Below are positions 46,909 through 60,459 of a stretch of DNA of 64,000 nt, one piece after another (within the stretch, counting starts at the first letter, position 1; every line of letters begins with the position of its first letter). The DNA is from Squalus acanthias. Its lineage: Eukaryota. The notes under the pieces are model-generated. The model saw only the letters and a list, made by a program, of their open reading frames with translations, did no database searches and was not told the origin of the DNA. Location of the stretch: NCBI GenBank assembly GCA_030390025.1, contig CM059431.1, positions 120,468,001 to 120,532,000 on the forward strand, given 5' to 3'. The translations under genes were made by a program, and so were the position numbers.

Positions 46909-48696
46909 GGCCGAGATTTCACCTACCGAGGCAGGTCCAGTACGGTCGGGTTCGGTGGCGGGGTGCGACCCCTCCGCTGGCTCCATCCCGCTCTGTGAAA
47001 ATAATTTTACGATGATTGGGCTTGTTCAGCCCGCCCAGCATATTTCCCAGCCAATTGAAGGAAGCGGGTCTGATGACGTCACTTGCTGACAAGTCATCAG
47101 CCGGTTTCCTTAAAGGGACCATACGCAAATTTATTTTGACATTTGTGCTGTCAGTGTTCTACAGCATTGAGGTGCTGCAAACACTGACAAGCACTGCACA
47201 GAGGTGCACGGCTGCAACCAGGCTCTCCCATGACGCCCTCCATATGCTTATGGAGGGAGTCACAGCACGCAGGGAGGTCCTCTTCCCTTCCCATGGGCAG
47301 AAGAGACCTCCCCAGGAGATCAATGCAGCCTGGTTGCACATTGCACAGGAGGGCACAAGCAGGGATGTCGTCAGGAAGACCAGGCTGCAGTGGCGCAAAC
47401 CTTTCAATGACCTCAGTAGATCACAAGATGTTACTGCAAAGCCACACTCAACCTCATCCTGCTCTGCCCCTCATCACATCCCCATCACTCTGCCTTCCCT
47501 ACCCTACTCCTGCACATCCTTACTCACACCAACCTACCTTGCACCTCCACCCATCCCTCTCCATCTACATTATCACTTCCCCATCTCAATAGCCACCCCT
47601 CACACTCACCCTCATCCTAGTTCAATCATATCAACTAACAACACCCAAGGGTAGGCACTTGGGTGTTTTAGCCAATGCTCAGGTGAAGTTTCTGTTAATG
47701 TGCTGTCAAACATTGAAATCTTTATTTTCAACACTTTGCGTTCTTGGACAGATTTGTGTGCACCTTTGGAAGTGGCTTAGTGAGTTGCAGTGAATGGTGA
47801 GACTTAACGGTACCCCCCGTAATGGCGATGAGTATGAAAGGAATGGCTTGGGCATTGTAGGGATCCTTTATGGTGTTGGTGTGGGGTGGTGCCAACCTGG
47901 CACATCATGTGGCAACCAGGGTGTACAGCATCAAGTGAAGTAAATCTGGCCATGGTGAGGCCGACCCTGATGTCCCGGGCAACAATGTGGTCGGGTGCTG
48001 ATGCCCTGTGTCCTGTGCAGCACCAGCTGATTGAGGAGAAGGTTTGTGTTGTTGTTGGTGCTGCTGGTGTGCCTGGTGCTGCTGGTGTTGGGGCTGATCA
48101 TGGTGGGATTCTGAGGACCAAGGTGAGATTTTTTCAAGGGCACCAATGCTGATGGAACAGATGGCAGGTGAGGTTGAGATGACAGAAGCATTCTGTCAAT
48201 GGTGAGAGAGGTTGTTCCAATGAAGTGACACTGGATAGAGAGTTTGCTCCAAACACTTGCAAGCTGCAAAAAGCTCAATCTGTTTTCCAAATGCAGTAAG
48301 CAACAGGCTTCTAACCTTGGAAAGTGAAGACCTATGAAATGGGAGCTTTCATAGACCATTTGCAGCTTTCACGTTAAGAAATTATCCCATGCTGACACAA
48401 CACCCGACCTCCTTACCTGACGTGATCCCCGAGCAGTGGGGAAGCCATTGGCAAAATCTAAAAATCTAAAGGTAAGCATAAAATACTAGTTATTTGCCTC
48501 TGAACAATCCAGCTAATGATTTAAATTGCCCCCCCTGCCGTTTGGTGTCAGGTCTGTTCAGCGATGACAGACCCGACATCTGGGAGACTAGCGTGGAGGT
48601 GGGTTGACAGCGAGTTCCCTACCCGCTGTCCAAAAAAACATTTACCCAGCCGACCCGCCACCAAACGCGCCCCCAGACCCCCAAAAAATTCCGGCT
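46909..48696 (+). mobile_element. About 1.8-kb internally deleted Harbinger derivative inserted in a DeuSINE head
   Basis: ggccgagattt / aaattccggct ends. Myb remnant EGVTARREVLFP..AWLHIAQE..WRKPFNDL plus convergent transposase N- and C-terminal remnants. Confidence 0.82.
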
Positions 48697-50519
48697 TACA
48701 GTTCTATCAACTGAGTCAAAATGACATATAATGACTGAATATATAAAATCTATATAGGATTACGTGCAAACTATTATTACTAATATTTTGAATAATCATA
48801 AATGTCTTTAAAAGTAGCTTAGTAGGATCACATAGAAACAGAAATTCAATAGAAAAACATTGGGGCTGATATCAACTTTTTGTGGACAATCGGCAGGCTT
48901 GCGCCACCTGCCTAATGTCTTTGGCGAGAGACCCCAGACATTTTAATGGTCCGGCCTCTTTTACATAGGATTGGCAAGACGTGAGTGCTGAACCAACACT
49001 CACAGAGTATTCACCAATAAGGGGTCAGGAAATCCAGCGCAACTGAGGCAGAAGTTGGAGGTTAAGGAGGGGTGTGGAGGCAACTGCAGGGCAGGAGAGA
49101 ATTGGAAGTCCTGGCAGCAGGCAGATCAAAATCAGTGGCACTGCTTCTTCTTGGGGAATTTGTGTGCAGACTGCAGCGGTCCCTTTGAGGACCACTGTTA
49201 GGCCACTCTACACCTAGTACTAATGGATTGCACGTGTGCCTCAACGCTCTGCACATTGGTGCCTGAGATTGTGTTGGGGTCCTATGCACATCATAGGGCA
49301 CTGATTTACAATCCTTAATGAGGCCCCCATCTGAAATAAGCAGTCGCCACGGGCGCCCTTCTCAAGGCACCTGACAAAATGGCAGCAGGCAGATCAGGAG
49401 TGGGAATGAAGTCGGAAATTCAGCTCTGTGATTTCCGGAGTGCTAGTGCCCCTTTGCAATCTGGCAGAGGCAGTGAAAGTCGGCCTCCTGGTGTGCTGCA
49501 GCTATTACAAAGTAAATTTGAATTCGGGTTACAAATCTGAGAAACTGGTTGGGTCTGGGGGAAAACGAAGCTTAATCACATACCATTCATACATTTCACA
49601 CAAAAATGGACTTGTTCCATATCCAGAAACACAAGAGATTAATATGGAAGGTTGCAGTTCTGAAGGATGCCTGGAGGCAAATTTCTGAGCTAACTCCAAT
49701 TTCTTGACATTGGTACTTTTGTGAGGGTAGCAAAGAGGTTGCATTCCAAAATGAGATGCAAAAAGTGTAATTGGATAATTGGTTTATCCTGTTTCCTACA
49801 AGCATTCTTAACTGCATTGAATTATGAGAACTCTCTAACCCTATAGCTTGAAATTACAACTCTGCCAATTAAATAGCTATAACTGCAATGGCCAAACTCA
49901 GAAAATTGGTTAGGTTCCTTATTAATAATTAAGTTAAAGACAGTGGATTGGCTTTGATACGGTTACATCTTCAGAAATGAGATACCATTTGGAATGTTGA
50001 TGTCATTAATATTTATTCTGACTAGTTGTGTGGTTTAGATTTGAATCTCAAGTCAAACAGGTGATCATTTTTTGAATATATCAAATTATGATTTTACATG
50101 TATTCATTAAGTCATTAAACTACTATATTTCAACTTAATAATACTATTGGTACAATGTTATTCAGTTAAAAATAAACAAACAAATTTAAACACAGTCCAG
50201 GATTTCCTTCAGTGAAGGAGATACCTATTTGTATCTCCATTTAATTTATCATTATTCGCATACAAGAACTAATCCATCCACACACACAGACCTGACTATC
50301 ATAAATTAGCATCCTTTACAGGACACTCACAAAACATGAAGTGAACAGGAAAGAAAGTAGAAAAGAAATAACTTGCATTTATATAGCACCTTTCATGACC
50401 TCAGGACATCCTAAAATGCTTTATAGCCAATGAAGTACTATGGAAGTGTAACCACTGTTGCAATGTAGGAAACAATAGTTCATAAAAAAAAGAGGGGCAA
50501 CCTTTCAGTTATGTTATCT

Positions 50520-50897
50520 TATTGAAACATATAAGATACTGAGGGGGCTCAACAAGGTAGATGCAGAGAGGATGTTTCCCCTCATGGGGAAATCTAGAAC
50601 TCGGGGCATAGTTTCAGAATAAAGGCTCGCCCTTTTAGAACTGAGAGGAGGAGGAATTTCTTCTCTCAGAGGGTCGTAAATCTATGGAATTCTCTGCCCC
50701 AGAGAGCCGTGTTGGCTGGGTCATTAAATACATTTAAGGTGGAGATAGACAGATTTTTGCAAGATAAGTGAGTGAAGGGTTATGGGGAGCGGGCAGGGAA
50801 GTGGCTTTGAGCCTAAGATCCGCCATATTGAATAGCGGAGCAGGCTCGAGGCGCCAAGTGGCCTATTCCTGCTCCTATTTCTTATGTTCTTATGTTC
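50520..50897 (+). mobile_element. CR1 3' fragment
   Basis: RRNFFSQRVVNLWNSLPQRAV; cttatgtt tail. Confidence 0.85.
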
Positions 50898-51194
50898 ATT
50901 TTATATCATCACATTGACACTGTGCATAGGCATGCAAATTTTCTCAATTTGGGGTGATGAAATGTTTTTGTCTCTTCATTAATTTTCCGTCACTGAGCAT
51001 CAAACTAAATTTCAAACCCAAAGGGATGGGAATTTGGCCCCAATTCATATACATTGGTTTTGGATTAGCATAACTCTTTTATAAAAATAGTATGACATAT
51101 ATAATTAGGGTCACAGGACCATTTGGAATGGTTTATGTGGAAAGGAGGCAGGAGACACAATTAGTAGGTAATGTGGGTGGTGAGTTAGGGTGGT

Positions 51195-51570
51195 GTTTTT
51201 TTGAATTAATTCTTGGGATGTGGGTGTCAATAGCATGGGCGGCATTTATTGCCCATCCCTATTTGCACTGGAAAGGTTTGATACGACTGAGTGGCTTGCT
51301 GGGCCACTTCATAGGGCAGTTAGGAATCAACCACATTGGTGTGGGATTGGAGTCACATCTAGGCCAGACCAGGAAAGGACATTGGTGAACCAGTTGGCTT
51401 TTTACAACAATCCAACAGCTTCATGGTCACTTTGATTGATACTAGCTTTTAAATTCCAGCTTTTTTTTTTAAACTGAATTCAACTGAACCTGTGACGGCA
51501 GGATTTGAACTCACGTTCTGTGGATTATTAGTCCAGATTTCTGGATTACTAGTCCAATAATTTGACCAAT
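51195..51570 (-). mobile_element. tRNA SINE (family of 1391-1787)
   Basis: Reverse-complement similarity across head and tail. Confidence 0.75.
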
Positions 51571-51859
51571 ATACAACAATACTCATTGTGCTATCCATTT
51601 TACAAGATCACAGGATAATTATGGATGATGAAGACCATTCAGCCGATCTTAGTTCAGTTGAGGGAAAATCGGGTGGGTTCTATAAAGAGCAGGTGATCCA
51701 TTTTGCCAGATTACCTCCTGGGGGTGAAGGAAAAAATCTATGTGTCTAATAGCCTTCTTCTGTGCTCTACTATGCTGTGCTGTAAACTTCTATGGTCCCA
51801 TGAAATTATATTTACTTTTAAATTACTGAACTACAGTGAATGTTGTTCTCTAGACAAAT

Positions 51860-52175
51860 GCAGAAGCAACTTTATACATAGCAAGACCCCATGAATAGCA
51901 ATGAGATAAATGATCAGTTAATTTTTGTTTTGATGGTGTTGGAGTGAGGGATGAACATTTGCCAGGATACCTGGAGAACTCTCTGTTCTTCAAGTAGTGT
52001 CTTGGGTGTTTAAAAATTCATCTGAACCACCTGAAAGAGGACTTCAGTTTACCCAAAGGATGGCATATCTGATAATACAGGACTCCTTTAATGCTACACT
52101 GAAATGTCAAATTCTGAAGTAGAACTTGAGCCCTTAACCTTGTGACTCAGATGCAAGAATGCTAATAATCGAGCA
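51860..52175 (-). mobile_element. Old degenerate DeuSINE
   Basis: Weak similarity to 34341-34805. Confidence 0.6.
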
Positions 52176-52281
52176 AAAATGTGCTTATGTTTCCCTCAGT
52201 TTTATAAGCAAAACAGTGTTCTGGTGAGCTTGATAGTGACTCCCTGTCTGATGAAGGCCTCAGTTGTACCAGAGAAATCCT

Positions 52282-52456
52282 GGGCTAGATTTTCAACTTA
52301 CCACCCAAGCATAAAACTGACATTACAGATCGGCCGCATGTTATAAAAATCACCTGATTTTTATTCCCATTAATTTAAAGAGGGGCAGTTTTTATAATGG
52401 ACAGCCAATCCACAATGCTAATTTTACACCCAGGTGGCAAGTTGAAATTCTGTCCC
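52282..52456. mobile_element. Palindromic Harbinger-type MITE
   Basis: gggctagattttcaactt / aagttgaaattctgtccc ends. Confidence 0.75.
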
Positions 52457-52707
52457 CTTTTTACCTACGAACAGGAGCAATCACTCTATAGCCTTTAGAA
52501 TGTGTTTTCACCGATTATAAGCATGGGAAAAAATGACAGCGATTTTGATACACATGCGTACTGTTTTAAAATTGGGATTTCAGATTCAAAATGGATGGTA
52601 ATTCTCCTCATCCAAGAGCACTGGGTTATTTGGTGTGAATGGCATTAATGAAGGTGAAGTGGCCCGAGGCAATGACCAATTATATTTGACCATTTTGTAA
52701 AGTACTC

Positions 52708-52850
52708 ACCAAAGCTTCCCTGTAAAATATTCTCTCCCTTTGTTTGTCTTCTTTCTTTATGAAGCTATGTGGGCTTTGGGATGATAATGAGGTGTGCCTA
52801 CTAGAAGGAGATTGGTGTTGAGATGTAACTTGCTGGATGTTCTTACATTG
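52708..52850 (-). other. Possible host-gene exon (unidentified; 5' boundary uncertain)
   Basis: Open frame ...SPHSFIKKEDKQRERIFYREAL ending at a consensus TTG|GTGAGT donor in non-repeat DNA. I do not recognise the protein. Confidence 0.2.
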
Positions 52851-55800
52851 AAGGTGAGGAAAGTCAATTAAATCTAAATTACACTCCAGTTTCAGACGTC
52901 CATTTTTCCAGAAATCCAAATATAAATTAAAAACTGCTTTTTTTAATAGCTTATAGGTATCTGCAGATGATTCCATTTTTATGGTAACGTAGAATTGGTC
53001 GAATTTGGAAACTGCTTTAATTAGAAAAATTCCCTGCACATAAGTGGTGCTAATAGAGGCACCAAGGAGGGGCTTCTTTGTGGTGCTGTATTCTCTACAT
53101 GGTCTATCAAAACAGAAGTTCTGTGTACAAGGGGTGCAATATCATTAACCGATCTTGCAGTAGTTATCTCTTCGAACTTCTTCTCAATTTTCTTTACGCT
53201 TGCAGAGCTAAATTTGATGTGATGGTGAGAGGACAAGTTTCCTGATTTTGGCTTCAGGCAGAGAGTTTCGCCTGGCAGCCATGCGTGCTGGGAAATGGCA
53301 GAGGCACTGACTTTCCATTTGTAATCGATGAAAATCAAAGGCCGGCACGCCTACAGAATGCACAACCAGTGGATGCACCTGTCTGCCCGAAGCACAAACT
53401 CAGAAAATTACCTCTGTTCGGGACCAAGGTGCTTGAAAAAGAACTTAAAAGATGATTCATTTCAACAATTATTCAGCTGGTCTCAAGATTTCTGAACAAC
53501 ATTCTGCTTCTCTGAGCTAAAATCTAGCTTCCACATTGCATCTAGGGAATTCTGCACAGGTTTTGACTCATAAAAAAAACACATAAAATGGGCAATTTTC
53601 ATTAAAATTCTAATAATGTTAACATGTGAAATAAATAAACATTTAGCACTTCTGCCGAGCCAATAAAAAAGGGGTATAGTTAAGAAATATTAATCAAATT
53701 ATTCTGTCCCATTGTATGATAAATGGACATGCATTTAGCAGCTAACTCATTGGCTAAAATTGCTCACCTGCATCCCCTTTGTGGGTACCTAAGTAATCAT
53801 GTTGCTTGGGAAAGCTTTGCATTATGACCCAGTACTTTAGAATCTGCTACTCCTGTCTACCAGGCACTGAGGTTACCAAACAGCACACAGCACATTACAG
53901 CAGTAATGTTAGTTTTTGAGCAACCTTCTATTCCCTGAAGATGTCATGGCAGAATTAGGCTGCAACCAATCCTGGCAGTCACAGGCCCCTCTGAAAACAG
54001 GACCAAGTACATTATTTTACCATGCAGAAGGTTACTTTCTGCTGCATTAAAAGTTTAACCTCTTGTACTGGTATTTTTGAAAAGAATCAGCTTCCCATCC
54101 CATTTCACCCACCAGTATTGAGAATTAACCTTGTGTTTTCTCAAGAAGTATATTGTTTCTATATAAAAACACAACTGTTTATTCGTGAAAAGGCAACCGA
54201 CTCAGAGCATTATAGTGTTGGTCTCAATGTCAATGTGACTTAATTTACTCTGCAGTTCCACTTAACAGCTTTCCACAATTCCGGCTCAAAGTCTTAAAAA
54301 ACAAATTATAATAACATGAATTGTAATAATTTTCATAAAGGTTGTAAGTGCACCAAGTAACAGATTAGATGATGTAGACTCCTCTTCAGATCTACTGCTA
54401 TTTTTGGTAGCTGACTCTCAGGCCCAAATATGCCACAGGCTGCGATCCTGTAGTTGCACTCACCAGTGCCCGCCAATACTGCCCCCTGCCAGAATTTGTG
54501 GAGTCAGTGGGAAGGAACCACGTTTACTTGGAGTGCTTCTTTTGTGCCTGTTTGCCCCATGCATTTGGAAACTGGGTGACCACCTGCCTGTAGGGGAGTG
54601 GGGGTTTGTTCAGACCCTCCCACCTCTGGCCACGGTGCTAGTTGGTCCCTGAGTGAGGGGTCCAATCAAGGAACTACATTTCTCTAAAAGATGTCCCTTG
54701 CCAGACCTGCATCCCACTGGTGGGGCCCAGTTGCACTCTTGTGGAGGCAAGTACGCCTCTTCCTTCTTGCCGTACTGATTACTTCTAAAAGGCTGGGACC
54801 CAACTGAGGCTCAGTAGTAGAAACCCTTGGTTTAGGGAGTCCCCTTTCCTAGCCTCATCCTCAAGGTGCTATTTGCTTTGTAAGCAATGGACAGAAGTTC
54901 AGCTCCTTGCAAGCAAATGCAAAAACTGTCAGAAACGGCAGAGACCCGAAGTAACCAGGTCTCCCCTGGTTCTTTCGCCAAAGTTACAAGACCAGTAGAA
55001 TCCCCATGGAATTTTAGGGCCTTAGTGTACTGATTCATGGAGCAGTAGGGCACAAGTTCATATCTACAGGCCTGTGGATGGCGAGATCCCAGTCTCAACT
55101 TTGTCTAGTTTTGTCTAGTTTTTGCCTGTTAGTTAGGCTTTTATTATTTGTAGCACCACGTTGAACTAATAGGCAGATCTCAAAGTATGTATTTTCTTAT
55201 TCTTTCTTACTTTCTCACTCATCATCTATTATAGGGCTCTCTGCATCACATACTGTTCCCTGGAGAAAGAATCACTTAGTCTGAGGCCTCTGCTACAGTT
55301 TCCTCTGTAATCATTACCTAGGAAGAGTACAAGAGTGGCCCTCAGTAATTCACTTTCAAATTCTTTCCTTCCTTACTGTGAGGAGGCATCTAACTTTTGC
55401 TTAGCATGTCTTCTGTTGTTACAGTCAAGACTGGAACTCACCATGTGAGGAATTGTGAATATTCCTGCATCCTCTTCTGATGATTAACACATTACTACAT
55501 CAACGCAATACAACTGTTCCACTTTATTTTACTACATTTTGAGCTGAAAAATATTGCAATGTGGGAGATCTGGAACTACAGATCTCACCTACAGACTGCC
55601 TTAAGCGATCAATCCACACATCATAAACATCACAGGATCTCAAATTAGAAATTGACAACTGCAAAAGTGATACTAATCCCACCATCCACTTTTTTCTTTG
55701 CAAGTGAGCGAAAAGAGCAATCATAGCCCTCCACTGCCATGAATGCTGCACGCACATAATGCAGTGGGGTAGCCTAATCCTGAGAGAGCCACCTTCATTC

Positions 55801-56882
55801 TCATAGTCTCTCCAACGCAAGTAAATTCCAACCATCTTTTCCAGTGTGAAGTTTAGAATCGTAGTGAGAAAATGAGACAAACTCATTTTATTATTAAAAC
55901 TATTTATTTGTGCTTGTATTATGTACGTGCTTATAAGTGTCCAGAAAAAGTGCAAATATATTCTTGTAATTTCTGTGAGTAATTTGCTGGTGTGTTTTTG
56001 ATAGTACAGCATATCAAGAGTATCACAATCAAAATACCTGTTTCCCATAAGTCTTTTTACATCTGCATCTTGGAAAAATTGAAATGAATCAGACCTTGAG
56101 AGGTGGTGCGAAAGCGGAGGACCAGCCAGACACAGACAGTTCTGAGGTTCAAGTTATTTCAACCACTGAGCATCTTTGATAAAGGCTTGGGCAAGGGAAG
56201 CTCCAGGATAATGAATGAGAAATGTACAGACAGACCGTTGTGCAAGGCCAGCACTGTCAAATCCATTGGGATTTTTCATCTATCTTCACCATGTCAGTCA
56301 CAGTAGGGCAGCATTCAGTGAGCTACACTATGATATTACATGCTGATTGCTTAAGACAAGCACTCAATGTGTGAAATGATGACCATGGCTTCTGCTCCAT
56401 ACCCAGTAAGTTGCAGAATAAAAGATGCCCAATTACCGCAATATCAAAGCATCACATTCGCGAAGTTGCCAATACTTTCTAGCGGTCTTCTATGCAGATG
56501 TGATAAAGATAATGTAGTTTTTGGGAAGGAGTTTTTTCACAAATGTCCACTCAAACAGATTCCAAGATTCTTTTTAAAATGCATCATTTAATACATTGTT
56601 TTGCTTTTAAATATTGTTGCAGTAGTAATAAAAAAGAGTAGATAGGTAGCTGAAGTGTTAAATCCTGATAGATCTCTGATTATGTAGTTGAAAATGAAGC
56701 TTTTTCACAGCAACTGTCTGTTCCATTGTAATTATGTACATTATGCACTGTTAGAACTAGCTTTAAGTTTTAAATAAAAACAGAAAATATCGGAAACACT
56801 CAGCAGGTCAGGCTGCATATGTGTATTTTAGTCACTGTAATTTAACCCACATTACACCACAGGCTATGAAAACAAATATATT

Positions 56883-57644
56883 GGGCTGGATATTCCGATC
56901 CCTACGGGTGGGTACGCGCTGTGTACCCACCTGTAGGGACATCGGAAATGCCGGCTTCAGGCATGCACTGCGCATGCGCTGGAAACCGGCATTTCCGATC
57001 TGTCAAGAAAGCTCTTGACAGATCCTCCAGCTGCCCTGGAGATGGGCCTCTGCGGGCGGAGAGTTCCGCTTTTTGGAGACCCTCCGCCCACAGAAAACAC
57101 TTACAATTCTTGCGCCTGGTAAAAGCAGGCGTAAGGCCTGCTTTAACCAGGATAAGAGTTGAAAAAAGTTTTGAAAAAAACATTTTTCCACTGATTTATC
57201 ATTTAAAAATACTTTAAAAAAAAGGTAAGCTTATTTTTAGCCCCATTAAAAACTTTAATTACTTTTTTCAAAAATTTAAATTTTTGTTTAAAATAGTTAA
57301 TTTATGTAATTTCAAGTCATTTTAAAAATGTGATGTTTTTTTAAAAATGTATTTGAAGTTTTACTATGTTTTGGGGGCGATCTCCATTCATATAATTGAC
57401 AGGTCTTCCTGTCAAATGTATGAAGGGAGATTCCCTTCTCTGATTGGCTCCCCATGGCCCACGTGATCCCAGGGACGCTGCGAACTACCTGCGCCTCTGG
57501 GATAGGTGGGCCCTGCGCACTGGCAGTTTGGAGAGGCCCAGCAGCGAAACTGTGCACCTCCCGGGAGCCCTCAGGTAAGGGAGCAGATTTTTCCAGATCG
57601 CAGCCCTCCGCCCGCGGGAGGCCTGCAATCGGAATATCTGGGCC
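56883..57644 (+). mobile_element. Uninterrupted 762-bp non-autonomous Harbinger-type element
   Basis: gggctggatattccgat / atcggaatatctgggcc TIRs with ATT TSD. Confidence 0.85.
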
Positions 57645-59026
57645 ATTAATTTTCTACCCTTTCAATCAACCGTTAGTCTTTGTCAATATTGCTGACAATC
57701 CTCATGGAACTATTTACATATTAAATAATTGTCAGTCAGTAATCTTTCCAAAATACTATAAATCTCTCATGGCGTTGCTCATAAGTAATTGGCCTCTGCA
57801 GTCGTTCTGTGCGGTTTAACTGCTAACCTAACATGTTTCCTTAAGTCACTGCTCAGGTACTCACTGTGAAGATGTACTTTAAATAGGCAAATTTAGGTGA
57901 GTGTTCGGAGCGACTGCCTGTTTCAGATATGTGTCTCATTAAGGAATGTAATTTGTTTACTTAACAACAGTCTCTGACCCCACTGACCTACTAAGCAAGA
58001 GTCCCTGCCTGACGTGTGACAGAAATGTTGTCAGGTGGAAAATGAAACGGGGTCTTTGCATAACTGGATCTCGCCCCAATCCCATCCCTGTACATCCAGC
58101 TTATCACATGTTTGCACTTTCAAGCCACAGGAATTTTGGGACTTGGTTCGCTGTCAGTCTCTCGATCTCTCAGCTTGACAAGCTTTCAGAAGTAAAATAA
58201 AATAATAGCTTGGCCCCAAATTTCCTTGTACCTTGATATGTTGCTATATTTATGGTGGTGGGGCGGGAATTATGGCCATTGGTAACATGCGTTTCTGAAA
58301 CTATCACACTTTTGCGGGTATGGGGCATTTGCATGTATCAAGCGGGTGTTTGTATCATTGCCTTAGTTGGGGAAGAGAAAACTTGCAGCAAGGCCTGGCC
58401 ATAGCATTATTGGGCCTGCCCAAAGATACTTAATAAAAAAAGTGCATGTTGATTTTATAGGCTAGCTTCCATAATACAATTGATTGTTCTGTGATCAATT
58501 GCAGAGAGAAACCGTGGCCAGAATTTTCAAATTATAGAGGGTGCGGAAACGTGAACGGGTTGGCAGTTAAAAGCGTTGAAATTGACAGCACATCGTGTAC
58601 CCGCCGTCTTCCGCATTTAACTCGGGCACGTTTCGCAGCGTGCCACGGACTCGCTCAGGAGAGGTGGGCAACCTCATTGAGAGACCCTTAAGAGACTTTT
58701 TAACATGAGTTTAGTCTTTTACTGCTTGTGCACGGGATTCACGGACTTCCTGATGTTCGCCTGTGAAGGCAAGGCAAGAGCTCAGTGGCCATTCTGCGAG
58801 TTCATTAAGTGACAGCTGGAAAAAGCACATTAATACACACACCTTAAATCTGAGCCTAAGGGAAAGGCTCTTGCTGACACTATTTTGTGCAGAGATTTTG
58901 CTTTCAGGAGTTTGCAGGTGATTTCTGCAACCTCTGAAGTCACTCTCACTACATTGCAAGTCACTCTCACTACATTAGAGGACTGTGTCTCTGATCTCCA
59001 CTTTACCTGGCTTCTATCAGATCAGC

Positions 59027-60124
59027 ATGGGTGCTGCTTATGCTGTTTCACCTTGGACCTCAGATTCTGACCAAGATGAGCCCCAGCACCAACAACACCA
59101 ACAACAGCAGCAGTTTCTTTCTCCTCAGCAACCTGAAGCTCCACCGGAGAGAGGGGATCAGCACAGGGGTGCACCGTGCTGGAGGCGATACCCCCAACAC
59201 AGGGTATACAGGCAGAGGATGAGCTTACTGGACATGACTGAGCAGCAGTGCCTCAGGAGGCTCAGGCTATCACACCAGGTCGTGACAGACATTTGTAGCT
59301 TGCTGGAAGACGACCTGCTGCCCAGAGGAACTAGTGGACATGCCTTACCAGTGACTGTCAAAGTCAACACTGGCCTCAACTTCTTCACCTCAGGCTCCTT
59401 CCAAGGATCTGCAGCAGACATTTGCAGGATTGCGCAGTTCGACTTTATGGCTCTGGCTGGTTTCCCACAGGTGCAGGGCATCATCGACTGCACACATTTG
59501 GCCATCAAGGCATTCCCAGATCACCCAGGAATGTTTGTGAACCGGACGAGCTTCCACTCCCTCAATGTGCAGCTCGTCTGAAACCACAAAATGATCATCA
59601 TGGATGTGTGTGCCAGATTCCCAGGGAGCTGTCATGACTCTTTTGTCTTGTGCCAATCCACCCTCCCTCAGCTCTTCTCACCTCTGAACAAACTTACCAG
59701 CTGGCTGCTTGGAGACAAGGACTGTCCACGTGGCTGATGACACCCTTGAGGAGGCCAAGCAATGATGCTTAGGAGCGCTATAATGAAAGTCATATGATGA
59801 CCAGATGTGTCATAGAGCAAGCAATAGGCATGCTGAAGATATGCTTCAGATGCCTTGACAGATCTGGAGGAGCCCTCAGTACGCAGCAGCCAGGGTTTCC
59901 AGAATGATAATCGTATGCTGCGCACTGCACAGCAGCGAGGATTGGAGCTGCAGGAGGAGCAAGGCACAAAGCGCACAGCCTCTTCGGAGGAGGTGGAGGA
60001 ACAGGTGGAACACAAGGAGGAGGAGGAGAAGGAGGAGGAACCTGAGATGGACATGGCACCAGCAGCGGTGTACATTGCTTCCTGGGAGGCCCGGGACAGC
60101 CTCAGAATGCCCCGATTTAGTTAA
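59027..60124 (+). pseudogene. Harbinger transposase pseudogene
   Basis: MGAA start, [28 protein letters not shown] and WLLGDK; deletions and frameshifts. Confidence 0.92.
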
Positions 60125-60459
60125 GTTGCACCAGTGCAGCCATCTGGCTCCCAGATGCTGTACCAACTTCACCACCACCCCCGCGCCCTCCCCCTGCCAC
60201 CCCCCACCAACACCACAAAGCAGTCCTAAAATGACCAAACCATTCCTGTCACACACACACCTGTTGCTCGAGGTTATGTAATGTCTCACCATTCACTCCA
60301 AGTGAAAAGGCCACTTCCCAGGTAGCAGGCAAAAGTGGACCAGATGGGAAGGTGATGCAAATAAATAAATTTATGTGCGTCATAAATAGAACTGAAACTT
60401 AACACTACCATTTTGGCAAACACCCATGTGCATACCCTTGTGCATCTACAATTGTGTAA

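Noticed and set aside
53040..53144. In-frame TGA before a Cys-rich stretch as possible selenocysteine
   Set aside because: Appears to overlap a degenerate MITE-like region; no SECIS or homology support.
55524..56048. 174-aa single-exon gene
   Set aside because: Composition resembles translated AT-rich non-coding DNA; only a small part is kept as a weak exon candidate.
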